NCBI GenBank assembly: GCA_965219685.1
Contig: CBDCOH010000002.1
Location: forward strand, 2,304,001 to 2,368,000
DNA from: Candidatus Spongiisociaceae bacterium
Lineage (GTDB): Bacteria; Actinomycetota; Acidimicrobiia; Spongiisociales; Spongiisociaceae
DNA length: 64,000 nt
Direction: 5' to 3'
Shown here in pieces: positions 21,328-31,176 of the stretch. The position numbers were made by a program, and so were the translations under genes. The notes under the pieces were generated by a model. The model had not been told where the DNA came from. It ran no database searches and saw only the letters and a list, made by a program, of their open reading frames with translations. The stretch's first letter is position 1. Every line of letters starts with the position of its first letter.

Positions 21328-21759
21328 ATGCCCGAACTTGACTACGCACTACTCGCCGACCACGTGCGAATCGACCAAGGAGTCGCGCACATCTTGGGGG
21401 CCGGGTGGGACGGCATCGAGATCAGCGAGTTGCCGATGGCCACCAATATCAGTCTCCTGATGAGAATAGGGTTCAGTCGAGCAGAGTGTGGGCGGCAACA
21501 CCGAATCGAGGTGCTGGTTCAAGATGAACACGGCGCCCGGATGTTCCATCTCACCCGAACGCTCGAACCCGAGTGGACTCTGCATTACCCGATCACGTGG
21601 AAGTCAAACGAGCAGTTCAAGCTCACCTTCCCGCTCGCCTTCACGCGCTACGGCCTGTACGACTGTATGATCCTCCTCAACGACAGCCTCCTCAAGACAA
21701 TCCCATTCATTGTCAAACCAATACCCGGATCGGCCAGCGGTCAACCGCAGACGGGTTAG
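21328..21759 (+). CDS. Hypothetical protein, DUF6941-like
   Basis: LDYALLADHVR...GVAHILGAGWD N-terminus; ORF inside the guaA islet. Confidence 0.6.
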   Translation: MPELDYALLADHVRIDQGVAHILGAGWDGIEISELPMATNISLLMRIGFSRAECGRQHRIEVLVQDEHGARMFHLTRTLEPEWTLHYPITWKSNEQFKLTFPLAFTRYGLYDCMILLNDSLLKTIPFIVKPIPGSASGQPQTG

Positions 21760-21764
21760 GGGCT

Positions 21765-22005
21765 GTGCGAGTCACCTACACACGCCACGCGCGTGCGCGG
21801 ATGCAGAGACGCGGCATCACATCTCAAGATATTGAAGCAGCGCTCGAACGCAGTTCGGCAACCCCGAGCCGGGCATTCCCGGTAGCATCTGGATAACGGG
21901 GATGGCGGCCGGCGGGCGAGCTCTGCGAGTGTGCGTGCGTACCGACAGCCGATACTATGTAATCACAGCCGCATGGCCGACCAGCAAGGAGGTGTCATCC
22001 GATGA
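21765..22005 (+). pseudogene. DUF4258-like (RelE-fold) toxin, frameshifted
   Basis: VRVTYTRHARARMQRRGITSQDIEAALER, then in the -1 frame QFGNPEPG...GRALRVCVRTDSRYYVITAAW. Confidence 0.7.
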
Positions 22006-22289
22006 TCTTCTCCTACGACCACGATGCTGACGCTCTCTACATAGAGATGGCGGACGCGCCTGTGGCCCGAACGCGGCAGTTCGACGAGGGCACGATCGTT
22101 GACTTGGACGAGTCCGGCAAAGTGGTTGGCATCGAAGTACTCCGCCCGGCGCGTGACTGGCCGCTGGAACAGATCAAGGCCTCCTTCAGACTTGACAAAA
22201 GTGCGACGGCAATCCTCGATAGCTTGTGGGGCACTGGGCACGCGAAGCGACCCTACCCCTTCGCGAGACCCTTGCACCTCGTCGGTTAG
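22002..22289 (+). CDS. DUF2283 domain protein (putative antitoxin)
   Basis: MIFSYDHDADALYIEM...IVDLDESGKVVGIEVL; AAGGAGG RBS. Confidence 0.85.
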   Translation: MIFSYDHDADALYIEMADAPVARTRQFDEGTIVDLDESGKVVGIEVLRPARDWPLEQIKASFRLDKSATAILDSLWGTGHAKRPYPFARPLHLVG

Positions 22290-22351
22290 CCCGATCATCC
22301 CCTAACAGCTGCGGTTAGTCACAGTCCACCCAGAGACGCCGGCCCCCCGTC

Positions 22352-22384
22352 CCGACAACCGGCAACCGGCAACCGGCAACCGAC
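22352..22384. repeat. (GGCAACC)n heptamer array directly after the guaA stop
   Basis: GACAACC GGCAACC x3; G/T-rich on the coding strand. Confidence 0.8.
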
Positions 22385-23971
22385 TCACTCCCACTCGATG
22401 GTGGCGGGGGGTTTGGAGGAGATGTCGTAGGCGACCCGGTTGATGCCCGGCACCTCGTTCATGACCCGGCTGGATATCCGTTCCAGGACCGGGTACGGGA
22501 TGCGGGCGAAGTCGGCCGTCATCGCATCCTCCGACGTGACCGCCCGCACGATGAGCGCGTGCGCATAGGTACGGCCGTCGCCCTGGACTCCGACCGTCCG
22601 GACGGAAGGGAGGACCGCGAACGACTGCCAGATGTCACGGTCCAGACCGGCTAGGTGTATCTCGTCGGTGACGATGACGTCCGCGGCCCTTAGGATCTCC
22701 AGCCGCTCCCCGGTCACCTCCCCGATGACCCGCACCGCCAGCCCCGGACCCGGGAACGGCTGGCGCCAGACGATCTCCTCGGGCAGGCCCAACTCCTCCC
22801 CCACCGCTCTCACCTCGTCCTTGAAGAGATCCCTCAGGGGCTCGATGAGCTCGAAATCGAAGTCGTCGGGCAGGCCACCCACGTTGTGATGGGTCTTAAT
22901 GGTCGCGGCCGTACCGCCTCCGGACTCGATCACGTCCGGGTACAGGGTGCCCTGTACCAGGAAACGGGCATCCGGTATGCCTGCGGTGGCCTCCTCGAAC
23001 GTCCTGATGAAGAGTTCGCCGATGATGTTGCGCTTCCGTTCCGGTTCGGTGACGCCGGCCAGGGCGCCGAGGAAGCGCTCCGACGCGTCGACGTGCACGA
23101 GGTTCATCTCGAAGTGCCGCCGGAACGTCTCGGTGACCTGGGAGGCCTCTCCCGCCCTCAGCAATCCGTGGTCGACGAAGACGCAGGTGAGACGATCGCC
23201 CACCGCCCGGTGTACGAGGGCGGCGGCCACCGACGAGTCCACACCACCGGAGAGACCGCATATGACCCGTGCGTCGCCCACCCGCCTTCTGATCGACTCC
23301 ACCTGGCCCGAAACGATCGACCCGCGGGTCCATGACGGCGGCGCTTGGCAGGCCCGCCGCACGAACCGCTCCAACATGGCGAGTCCGTGATCGGTATGGA
23401 CGACTTCGGGATGGAACTGGACCCCGTAGATGCCCCGGGAGCGGTCCTCCATCGCCGCCACCGGCGACCCGCCGGTCGAGGCGACCCTGGCGAACCCTTC
23501 CGGGACCCCTGTAACGGCGTCGGCGTGACTCATCCAGACATCCTGGCGTTCCGGCGAACCGTCCAGCAGAACGGAAGCCCCCTCGACCCTCAACTCGGTT
23601 CGCCCGTATTCGGGGTCGCCGGTCCGCTCCACCTTCCCTCCCAGCAGGCCCGCGAGCAGCTGATGGCCGTAGCAGATACCCAGAACCGGAACCCCTATCT
23701 CCAGCAGTTCCTTCTCGACCAGGTATGCGTCCTCCGCGTACACCGACAGCGGACCGCCGGAGAGGATGATGCCCAGCGGCCGGTGGGCGAGTGCCTGCTC
23801 GGCCGTGATCGTGTGGGGGACGATCAGCGAGAAGACCCCCGTCTGGCGAACTCGCCGGGCTATCAGCTGCGCGTACTGTGCCCCGAGGTCGACCACCAGG
23901 ACAGGCCGGTGGTGCCGGGCCTCGACACCGCTCGCCGCATCGCCGGCAGGCGCCTGCGCTGCTACCGGCAC
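22385..23971 (-). CDS. guaA: GMP synthase (glutamine-hydrolyzing)
   Basis: [41 protein letters not shown]. Confidence 0.97.
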   Translation of the reverse strand: MPVAAQAPAGDAASGVEARHHRPVLVVDLGAQYAQLIARRVRQTGVFSLIVPHTITAEQALAHRPLGIILSGGPLSVYAEDAYLVEKELLEIGVPVLGICYGHQLLAGLLGGKVERTGDPEYGRTELRVEGASVLLDGSPERQDVWMSHADAVTGVPEGFARVASTGGSPVAAMEDRSRGIYGVQFHPEVVHTDHGLAMLERFVRRACQAPPSWTRGSIVSGQVESIRRRVGDARVICGLSGGVDSSVAAALVHRAVGDRLTCVFVDHGLLRAGEASQVTETFRRHFEMNLVHVDASERFLGALAGVTEPERKRNIIGELFIRTFEEATAGIPDARFLVQGTLYPDVIESGGGTAATIKTHHNVGGLPDDFDFELIEPLRDLFKDEVRAVGEELGLPEEIVWRQPFPGPGLAVRVIGEVTGERLEILRAADVIVTDEIHLAGLDRDIWQSFAVLPSVRTVGVQGDGRTYAHALIVRAVTSEDAMTADFARIPYPVLERISSRVMNEVPGINRVAYDISSKPPATIEWE

Positions 23972-23990
23972 GGAGAGGTCGGCACTGCGG

Positions 23991-25148
23991 TTACCCCATC
24001 CCGACCCGCTGGGTGCGCTGGAGAGCCTTACCCTCGGTCTTGATCGCCGGGGCCACCATCACCTCGGCCTTCTGGAAACTCTTCAGGTTGGCGTACCCGG
24101 TGGTGGCCAGGGCCATCCGCAGACCTCCGAAGAGATTCTGGCGGCCGTCGTTCTCGTGAGCCGGTCCCACCAGGATCTGTTCCAAGCTGCCGAGGCGGCC
24201 GGCCATCACCCTGGCTCCGCGGGGCAGGGTGGGATGGAAGGTGGCCATCCCCCAATGAGCTCCGCGCCCGGGTGCCTCGTGAGCCGCGGCCAGCGGGGAG
24301 CCGATCATCACCGAGTCAGCCCCGCAGGCGATCGCCTTGGCGATGTCGCCACCGGTGCGCATTCCGCCGTCTGCGATCACATGGACGTAGCGGCCGGTCT
24401 CGTCCAGGTAGCGGATCCGAGCCGCCGCGGCGTCAGCGATGGCGGTGGCCTGGGGGACTCCGACGCCGAGCACGCCGCGGGTGGTGCAGGCGGCTCCGGG
24501 CCCGACCCCGACCAGGACGCCGGCCGCTCCGGTACGCATCAGGTGGATGGCCCCCGCGTAGGACGCACAGCCGCCGACTATCACCGGGATGTCCAGATCG
24601 GCGATGAAGGAGTACAGATCGAGGGGCTCGCCCTCGGTGGTCACATGCTCGGCCGACACCACCGTTCCCTGGATCACCAGGATGTCGAGCCTCGAGGCCA
24701 GGACCGCGTCGACGTAACGCTCGACGCTCTGGGGGGTCAGGGCCCCAGCTGTGATAACACCTGCATCCCCGATCTGCGCGATCCGCTGCTGCATCAGGTC
24801 CGGGATCACGGGAGCCCGGTATATGTCCTGCATACGCCGGGTCGCCTTCTCGGCCGGCAGAGCGGCGATCTCCTCCAGCAAGGGCCCCGGATGCTCGTAA
24901 CGGGACCACAGTCCCTCGAGGTTGAGCACGCCCAGACCCCCGAGACGCCCGATCTCGATAGCGGTCGCCGGACTCAGGACCGAGTCCATGGCGGAGGCGA
25001 GCATCGGGAGGCGGAGACGGAAGGCGTCGATCTCCCAGGTGATGTCGACGTCGTCGGGGTTACGCGTCCGCCGGCTGGGAACGATGGAGATGTCGTCGAA
25101 GCCGAAGGCGCGCCGGCCCGACTTGGCCATACCGATGCTTATCTCCAC
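23991..25148 (-). CDS. guaB3: GuaB3-family IMP dehydrogenase-related protein
   Basis: [45 protein letters not shown]. Confidence 0.92.
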   Translation of the reverse strand: MEISIGMAKSGRRAFGFDDISIVPSRRTRNPDDVDITWEIDAFRLRLPMLASAMDSVLSPATAIEIGRLGGLGVLNLEGLWSRYEHPGPLLEEIAALPAEKATRRMQDIYRAPVIPDLMQQRIAQIGDAGVITAGALTPQSVERYVDAVLASRLDILVIQGTVVSAEHVTTEGEPLDLYSFIADLDIPVIVGGCASYAGAIHLMRTGAAGVLVGVGPGAACTTRGVLGVGVPQATAIADAAAARIRYLDETGRYVHVIADGGMRTGGDIAKAIACGADSVMIGSPLAAAHEAPGRGAHWGMATFHPTLPRGARVMAGRLGSLEQILVGPAHENDGRQNLFGGLRMALATTGYANLKSFQKAEVMVAPAIKTEGKALQRTQRVGMG

Positions 25149-25250
25149 CCCGTCCCCCGGTCGTCCTGGCGTCGGGTCAAAGCTACCAGACGCCTGCCCG
25201 TCGGCTGCGGACCCTCGGGCACCGAGCAGCCGGAGTACCCTACCGGATCC

Positions 25251-25964
25251 GTGGGTAGAACTTCCTGGCGCTGGTACGACATCCCGATCGTCATGGCGGG
25301 AGGCGCGCTTGCCAGCCTCATCGCGGGCGCGCTGGCCGGCGCAGTGTTCGGGACCGCCCCCGAAGACGCCCATCTGGTGTTCTGGCTGATCATCCCCTTC
25401 CAGAACCTCGGGCTCATCGGGAGCCTGGTGCTGGTCGGACGGATGCGGGGACACCGGGATCTCGGCGCGGAGCTGGGACTGGTTGTGGAGCCGCGCCAGA
25501 CCTGGTGGGTGGCGGCGGGCGCCGCTTCCCTGCTCCCGCTGAGCTTCCTTGCAGCCGCGCTCAGGTCCGCTCTGGGAGTGGAGGACGAGAGCCCGCAAGC
25601 CGTCGTGGACGCCGCCATGGAGGTGAGCGGGACCGTGACCATGGTGGCAGTCGCGATCGGCGTCTGCGTGCTGGGACCGGTTGCCGAGGAACTCCTCTAC
25701 CGGGGTCTCACCTTCCGGATCGCCCTCCGGCGCGGAGCGCCGCCGTGGATGGCGGTGGTGATCTCAGCCGCGGTGTTCACCGCTGCCCATCTGGCCGACC
25801 CGACCCTCTTCTCGCTGGCGGGCCTCGTTACCCTTTCCGCCCTCTTCGCCTTCGCCCTCTTCCTCGGTGTGTTGAGGGTCAGGACCGGTGGCCTCGGCGC
25901 GCCCATCTTCGCCCACAGCGGTTTCAACCTGACGACCCTGGCGCTGATTTTCTTCTTTGCGTAG
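25251..25964 (+). CDS. CPBP (CAAX/Abi) intramembrane metalloprotease
   Basis: PVAEELLYRG, FTAAH, AHSGFN motifs; multiple TM helices. Confidence 0.9.
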   Translation: MGRTSWRWYDIPIVMAGGALASLIAGALAGAVFGTAPEDAHLVFWLIIPFQNLGLIGSLVLVGRMRGHRDLGAELGLVVEPRQTWWVAAGAASLLPLSFLAAALRSALGVEDESPQAVVDAAMEVSGTVTMVAVAIGVCVLGPVAEELLYRGLTFRIALRRGAPPWMAVVISAAVFTAAHLADPTLFSLAGLVTLSALFAFALFLGVLRVRTGGLGAPIFAHSGFNLTTLALIFFFA

Positions 25965-26000
25965 GGAAGGACAGCCCGGCGATCCACCCACGACGCAGGC

Positions 26001-26981
26001 TCAGTTCGAAAGCCCGATCAGCCTTCGCACCTCGACCATCGTACGCTCGGCCCGTTCCCCGGCCTCCGCGGCCCCCTCGTCCATGAGCCTCTTCACCTCG
26101 CCGTCGCCGAGGCCCAGATAGGCCTCCCGGACCGGCGCGAGGCCGGTTGCCACCGCCTCCGCCACCGTCTCCTTGAGTTGCCCGTAACCCGACCCGGCGT
26201 GACGGCCGGCCAGTTCCTCCACGGTGTTCCCGGTGAACACCGCCAGGATGTCCAGAAGGTTGCTTATCCCCGGCTTCCGCTCGACGTCGTAGGCGACCCG
26301 GGCCTCCGAGTCGGTAACGGCACGCCTCACCTTGCGCCTTATCGTGTCGGCGTCGTCCGTCACCAGAATCCGTGAACTCCCGTCGGGATCGGACTTCGAC
26401 ATCTTGGATGTCGGTTCCTTCAGTGACATGACCCGGGCTCCCAGTCCGGGAGTTATCTGCTCGGGTACCGGGAAGAAGTCGCCGTACCGCGAGTTGAACC
26501 GGTCCACCAGGTCACGAGTGAATTCCAGGTGCTGGGTCTGGTCGTTGCCGACCGGGACGGCATGAACCCGGTGAACCAGTATGTCGGCCGCCATGAGCAC
26601 CGGGTAGGCGAACAGACCCAGGTTCTGGCCACCCTTGTCCAGCTTCTCCTTGTACTGGGTCATCCTGCCCAACTGGCCCATCGAAGCCAGTGTCCCGAGT
26701 ATCCACGAGAGCTCGGCGTGCTGGGGAACCTGGCTCTGGAGGTAGACCAGGGACCGCTTCGGGTCGATCCCGGCCGCCAGCAGGATCTTGGCGGTCCGTA
26801 GGCGCGCTTCGGCGAGAGCCGACGGGACCTGGGGCAGGGTGAGGGCATGGAGGTCCACCACGCAATACACGGTTTCGTAATCGTCCTGCATGGCGACCCA
26901 GTTACGCAGTGCCCCCATGTAGTTGCCGATGTGGATGTCACCACTGGGCTGAATTCCCGAAAAGACTCTCTTCCTGGTCAC
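26001..26981 (-). CDS. trpS: Tryptophan--tRNA ligase
   Basis: FSGIQPSGDIHIGNYMGA, YPVLMAADIL, KMSKS. Confidence 0.97.
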   Translation of the reverse strand: MTRKRVFSGIQPSGDIHIGNYMGALRNWVAMQDDYETVYCVVDLHALTLPQVPSALAEARLRTAKILLAAGIDPKRSLVYLQSQVPQHAELSWILGTLASMGQLGRMTQYKEKLDKGGQNLGLFAYPVLMAADILVHRVHAVPVGNDQTQHLEFTRDLVDRFNSRYGDFFPVPEQITPGLGARVMSLKEPTSKMSKSDPDGSSRILVTDDADTIRRKVRRAVTDSEARVAYDVERKPGISNLLDILAVFTGNTVEELAGRHAGSGYGQLKETVAEAVATGLAPVREAYLGLGDGEVKRLMDEGAAEAGERAERTMVEVRRLIGLSN

Positions 26982-27014
26982 GTCGCATATCGTAGTGGCT
27001 CGTGGGCGGTCGTC

Positions 27015-27118
27015 AGTGGTGAGTGGTGAATGGTGAATGGTGAATGGTGAATGGTGAGTGGGGAATGGTGAATGGGGAATGGTGGATCGCACCGGCCGCC
27101 AACCAGCAGCCACCAGCA
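27015..27118. repeat. Bipartite heptamer element (TGGTGAR/TGGGGAA)x~10-GATCGCACCGGC-C/A units
   Basis: Lies between divergent trpS and the cimA promoter. Confidence 0.85.
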
Positions 27119-27123
27119 AGGGG

Positions 27124-27152
27124 TTGACAAGGAGGGTTCGGGGAACAAGACT
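27124..27152 (+). promoter_or_regulatory. Sigma-70-type promoter of the cimA leader
   Basis: TTGACA-17 nt-AAGACT, 8 nt before the leader ATG. Confidence 0.6.
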
Positions 27153-27160
27153 CGCGCCAG

Positions 27161-27193
27161 ATGAACTGTCACACCGGGATCATTATCGACTAG
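27161..27193 (+). CDS. Attenuator leader peptide MNCHTGIIID
   Basis: ATC ATT ATC Ile triplet upstream of citramalate synthase, followed by a terminator. Confidence 0.8.
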   Translation: MNCHTGIIID

Positions 27194-27225
27194 GGGCATA
27201 GGGACCCGAAGAACCCCTTGCCCCC

Positions 27226-27257
27226 AACCCTGCGCTCCGGCGGAGGGTTTTTTCTTT
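27226..27257 (+). terminator. Intrinsic attenuator terminator
   Basis: AACCCT-GCGC-TCCG-GCGG-AGGGTT hairpin followed by a T-rich tract. Confidence 0.85.
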
Positions 27258-27307
27258 GCCCGCACGCAGTGCGCAGGCAGGGACAGGAGCGACGGAAGCG
27301 AGAGAAC

Positions 27308-28879
27308 ATGGCACACGCCCGGCTCGAGATCTACGACACCACCCTGCGCGACGGCGCCCAGCAGGAGGGTATCTCGCTGACCGTCTCCGACAAGCTGCGG
27401 ATCGCGAACCTGCTCGACCAGTTGGGCGTCGCCTACATCGAGGGAGGCTGGCCGGGCGCCAACCCGAAGGACAGCGAGTTCTTCAAGAGAGCCCGCTCGG
27501 AACTGAACCTGGGAACCTCCACGCTGACGGCTTTCGCCTCGACCCGCAGACCCCGAGGCGCCGTCGACGGGGATCTGCAGATGCTCAACCTTCTGGAAGC
27601 GGACACCGAAGTGGTGTGCATCGTGGGCAAGGCATGGGACTACCACGTCAGGGAAGCACTGCGAACCGACCTCGACGAAGGGATCGCGATGGTTGCCGAT
27701 TCGGTCGCCTACCTGGTACGTCATGGCAGACGGGTGTTCTTCGACGCGGAACACTTCTTCGACGGGTATGCCGCCGATCCCGGGTTCTCGCTGGCGGTCC
27801 TGCGAGCGGCTCTCGAGGAAGGGGCGGAACGGCTTGTGCTCTGCGACACCAACGGGGGCCGCCTGGTAGCGCAGGTGACCGACACCGTCCTCCAAGTTCA
27901 GGATGCTCTGCCTGAAGCCGAACTCGGGGTCCACTTTCACAACGACGCGGGATGCGCGGTAGCCTCGTCGCTGGCTGCCGCGGACCTTGGTGTGCGCCAG
28001 GTCCAGGGTTGCATCAACGGGTACGGAGAGCGCACCGGCAATGCCGATCTCTCCACCATCCTTCCCGACCTGGTGCTCAAGATGGGAGTTCCGGTACTCG
28101 ACCCTGCGAGATTGGAAACCCTGTCTCCCATCGCCCACCACATCGCCGAGATCGTCAACATCAGCCTCGACCCCCACAGCCCTTACATCGGGACCTCGGC
28201 GTTCACCCACAAGGCCGGCCTGCATACTTCCGCCCTGGCTCGTCGACCCGACGCCTACGAGCACCAGGACCCGGCACTGGTCGGCAACCGCACGAGGATG
28301 GTGGTCTCCGAGTTGTCGGGCAAGGCAACCATCCTCTCCAAGGCCGAGGATCTCGGAATCGAGTTGAGCGGCCACCAGGCCATCGAGGTTCTGGACGAGA
28401 TCAAGCACATGGAGCACCGCGGCTATCACTTCGAGGCGGCGGACGGATCCTTCGAGCTGATGCTGAGACGGGCCACCGGGTGGACGCACGACTACTTCGA
28501 ACTGGAGTCGTTCCGGGTGTTCACCGAGCGGCGCGGTGGCGAAGCCACCCTGGCGGAGGCAACGGTGAAGCTGACTATCCGGGGCGAGAGGATCATCACC
28601 ACGGGCGAGGGAAACGGTCCGGTCAACGCACTGGACCACGCCCTGAGGGGCGCGCTCATCCTCCACTTCCCCGAACTCGCCGCTCTCCGGCTCACCAACT
28701 ACAGGGTGAGGGTGTTGGACGCCACCGAGTCGACCGCAGCGACAGTCCGGGTGTTCATAGAGATGAGCGACGGTGTGAGCGCCTGGGGTTCGATCGGTGT
28801 GCATACCAACGTGATCGAAGCCTCCTGGGAAGCGCTGGAAGACGGCATCGTCCTCGGGCTGCTCCGGGCGGGTGCCTAG
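27308..28879 (+). CDS. cimA: Citramalate synthase
   Basis: YDTTLRDGAQQEG, YIEGGWPGANPKD, FFDAEHFFDG, GYHFEAADGSFEL, EGNGPVNALD. Confidence 0.93.
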   Translation: MAHARLEIYDTTLRDGAQQEGISLTVSDKLRIANLLDQLGVAYIEGGWPGANPKDSEFFKRARSELNLGTSTLTAFASTRRPRGAVDGDLQMLNLLEADTEVVCIVGKAWDYHVREALRTDLDEGIAMVADSVAYLVRHGRRVFFDAEHFFDGYAADPGFSLAVLRAALEEGAERLVLCDTNGGRLVAQVTDTVLQVQDALPEAELGVHFHNDAGCAVASSLAAADLGVRQVQGCINGYGERTGNADLSTILPDLVLKMGVPVLDPARLETLSPIAHHIAEIVNISLDPHSPYIGTSAFTHKAGLHTSALARRPDAYEHQDPALVGNRTRMVVSELSGKATILSKAEDLGIELSGHQAIEVLDEIKHMEHRGYHFEAADGSFELMLRRATGWTHDYFELESFRVFTERRGGEATLAEATVKLTIRGERIITTGEGNGPVNALDHALRGALILHFPELAALRLTNYRVRVLDATESTAATVRVFIEMSDGVSAWGSIGVHTNVIEASWEALEDGIVLGLLRAGA

Positions 28880-28917
28880 TGATGGTGGGTGGTGAGTGGT
28901 GAATGGTGAATGGTGAA
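28877..28917. repeat. G/T heptamer array (TGGTGRR)n starting at the cimA stop
   Basis: TAGTGAT GGTGGGT GGTGAGT GGTGAAT x3. Confidence 0.8.
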
Positions 28918-28982
28918 TCCGGGTGCGCCGGACGGTCGGTTAGGGTGCCGCAGATGCAGCGAGAACACCGGAATCCTTGGGC

Positions 28983-29756
28983 ATGAGCAGCGGGCCTCGA
29001 GTTTCGGAGTCGCTGCTGGAGGAGGCCGCCGAACTGGCGCGAAGAGCGGGTCGGCTGACCCTCGACTGGTACAGCCCCACCGTGGAGGTTGTCACCAAAG
29101 GGGACGGGAGCCCGGTGACGGCAGCTGATCGAGCTGCCGAACAACTGCTCAGGACCGAACTCGCCAAACGCTTTCCGCGTGACGCGATCATGGGAGAGGA
29201 ACATGGCTATTCAGATGGCGCCTCTGACCGAACGTGGTTCATCGACCCCATCGACGGCACCCAGTCGTTCATAAGAGGCGTTCCACTGTTCGCCACCCTG
29301 CTGGCCTTGGAAGACGCCGACGGCGTGGCAGTAGGGGTGATCGACCTGCCCGCGCTGGGGGAGACAGTGATGGCGGGCCGCGGCCTAGGGTGTTTCCTGA
29401 ACGAGCAGAGGATAACCGTCGGTGACAAGTCCGAGTTGAATGGATCGGTCCTGTGCACAAGTAGCTTCGACCTGATACCTGACGACACAGCCCGTCTTCT
29501 CCAACGCAGTTCCATGATTATCAGGGGCTGGGGCGACGCGTACGGCTATGCCCTGCTAGCTGCAGGCCGGATCGAGGCCATGTTCGATCCGGTTGTCAAA
29601 CCCTGGGATGTGGCGCCGATGGCGGTGGTCATCCCCGAGGCGGGCGGAACCTTCACCGACTGCACGGGAAGGCTGGACATTCGTTCGGGTACGGGTCTGG
29701 CGACGAACGGGTCGCTACACGACGAGATCTTGTCGATCATCGCCGGCCGCGACTGA
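28983..29756 (+). CDS. hisN: Histidinol-phosphatase (inositol monophosphatase family)
   Basis: KGDGSPVTAAD, GEEHG, WFIDPIDGTQSF, RGWGDAYGY, PWDVAP. Confidence 0.8.
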   Translation: MSSGPRVSESLLEEAAELARRAGRLTLDWYSPTVEVVTKGDGSPVTAADRAAEQLLRTELAKRFPRDAIMGEEHGYSDGASDRTWFIDPIDGTQSFIRGVPLFATLLALEDADGVAVGVIDLPALGETVMAGRGLGCFLNEQRITVGDKSELNGSVLCTSSFDLIPDDTARLLQRSSMIIRGWGDAYGYALLAAGRIEAMFDPVVKPWDVAPMAVVIPEAGGTFTDCTGRLDIRSGTGLATNGSLHDEILSIIAGRD

Positions 29757-29769
29757 CCGGCAACGGGAA

Positions 29770-29830
29770 ACCAGCCACCACCCACCACCCACCACTCACC
29801 ACTCACCACTCACCACTCACCACTCACTAG
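29770..29830. repeat. C/A heptamer array (ACCACCC)x2(ACCACTC)x5
   Basis: Reverse-complement counterpart of the 28877 array. Confidence 0.85.
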
Positions 29831-29840
29831 CCTTTCCTCC

Positions 29841-31100
29841 GTGGTACACGAGGCCATGCTGCTGGGCGCGGGGCAACGGGGTCGGTATGTGTATGGCGAC
29901 TACGCCTCCCGCAATCCGGACCGGCTTCGGTTCGTCGCGGTCGCCGAACCGGACGATCTCCGGCGGCGGATCTTCGCGGAGGAGCACGGCATCCCCGCCT
30001 CCCGCCGGTTTGCCGACTGGCCCGAGATGCTGGATTCCGAACCGGCGCGGGTCTGCGTCATCGCCACACCCGACCGGCACCACGCAGCACCCGCTATCGC
30101 TGCCCTGGGCCAGGGTCTTGATGTCCTGCTCGAGAAGCCGGTGGCGCACAGCCTGCGGCGGTGCTTCGAAGTGTTGGAAGCCGCGAGGCTCAGTTCAGGA
30201 AGCCTGACCGTCGCCCACGTGCTCCGCTACACCCCGTTCTTCACCACCCTCAACCGGTTGATAGGTTCGGGCCGTCTGGGCAGCTTGATCACGATCGAGC
30301 ACCGGGAGGACGTCGCCTACTGGCACATGGCTCACAGTTTTGTACGGGGAAACTGGGCACGATCCGGCGAATCCACTCCGATGATCGTCCAGAAGTGCTG
30401 CCACGATTTCGACATCCTTGCTTGGAACCTCGCCGCAGGCGAAGGCTCGCGGGTGACGGGTGTGCAGTCCTTCGGCTCTCTCATGCACTTCCGTCGCGAA
30501 CATGCCCCGGCCGGCGCAACCCCGAGATGCACGGATCCCTGCCCCGCAGCCTCGACCTGCCCTTTCGACGCCGCTCGCCTCTACCTGGATCCGGCGCGAG
30601 CGGGATGGCCCGTCCACACGATCTCCGACGACCTGTCCCCCCGAGGACGGGAACGTGCTCTCGCCGATGGCCCCTACGGACGGTGCGTCTACACCGCCGG
30701 CTCGGACGTGGTCGATCATCAGACCGTGGCGATGGAGACGTCCTCGGGGGCGACCGCCGTGCTCGTGATGAACGGTCATTCCGCCCGCCAGGAACGGACC
30801 GCCCGCTACCACGGCACTCGAGGGTCGGTGATCAGCACATTCGGAAGCCGCCCCGCAATCGAGTTCACCGATCATCTGGGCGGTGCGACAAGCCGGATTC
30901 CCATACCGGCGGCCGACGGAGGTCATGGCGGGGGTGATTCGGGGCTGATCAAGGCGTTCCTCGACTCCCTGGAAACAGGAGAATCCTCGAAGACCTCTAC
31001 CGAAACCTGGTTCGAGAGCCACCTGCTCGCCTTCGGCGCGGAGCAGTCGCGACTCACGGGCGCAGCGGTTGACATCGATCACGTTCGGATTAGGTGTTAG
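29841..31100 (+). CDS. Gfo/Idh/MocA family oxidoreductase
   Basis: GAGQRG, LLEKP, HVLRYTPF, HSFVRGNW, KCCHDFD, GGHGGGD. Confidence 0.92.
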   Translation: MVHEAMLLGAGQRGRYVYGDYASRNPDRLRFVAVAEPDDLRRRIFAEEHGIPASRRFADWPEMLDSEPARVCVIATPDRHHAAPAIAALGQGLDVLLEKPVAHSLRRCFEVLEAARLSSGSLTVAHVLRYTPFFTTLNRLIGSGRLGSLITIEHREDVAYWHMAHSFVRGNWARSGESTPMIVQKCCHDFDILAWNLAAGEGSRVTGVQSFGSLMHFRREHAPAGATPRCTDPCPAASTCPFDAARLYLDPARAGWPVHTISDDLSPRGRERALADGPYGRCVYTAGSDVVDHQTVAMETSSGATAVLVMNGHSARQERTARYHGTRGSVISTFGSRPAIEFTDHLGGATSRIPIPAADGGHGGGDSGLIKAFLDSLETGESSKTSTETWFESHLLAFGAEQSRLTGAAVDIDHVRIRC

Positions 31101-31176
31101 GCGTTAGGTGTGAAACGTTAGATGGACTGTACAAGAATAGTTATCCGTACATGGCCAGCCGCTGACACCCTGACCA
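31090..31176. repeat. Bipartite heptamer element (TTAGGYG)x3-AACGTTAGAT core-degenerate C/A units
   Basis: Upstream gene ends ...IRC* inside the array. Confidence 0.7.
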
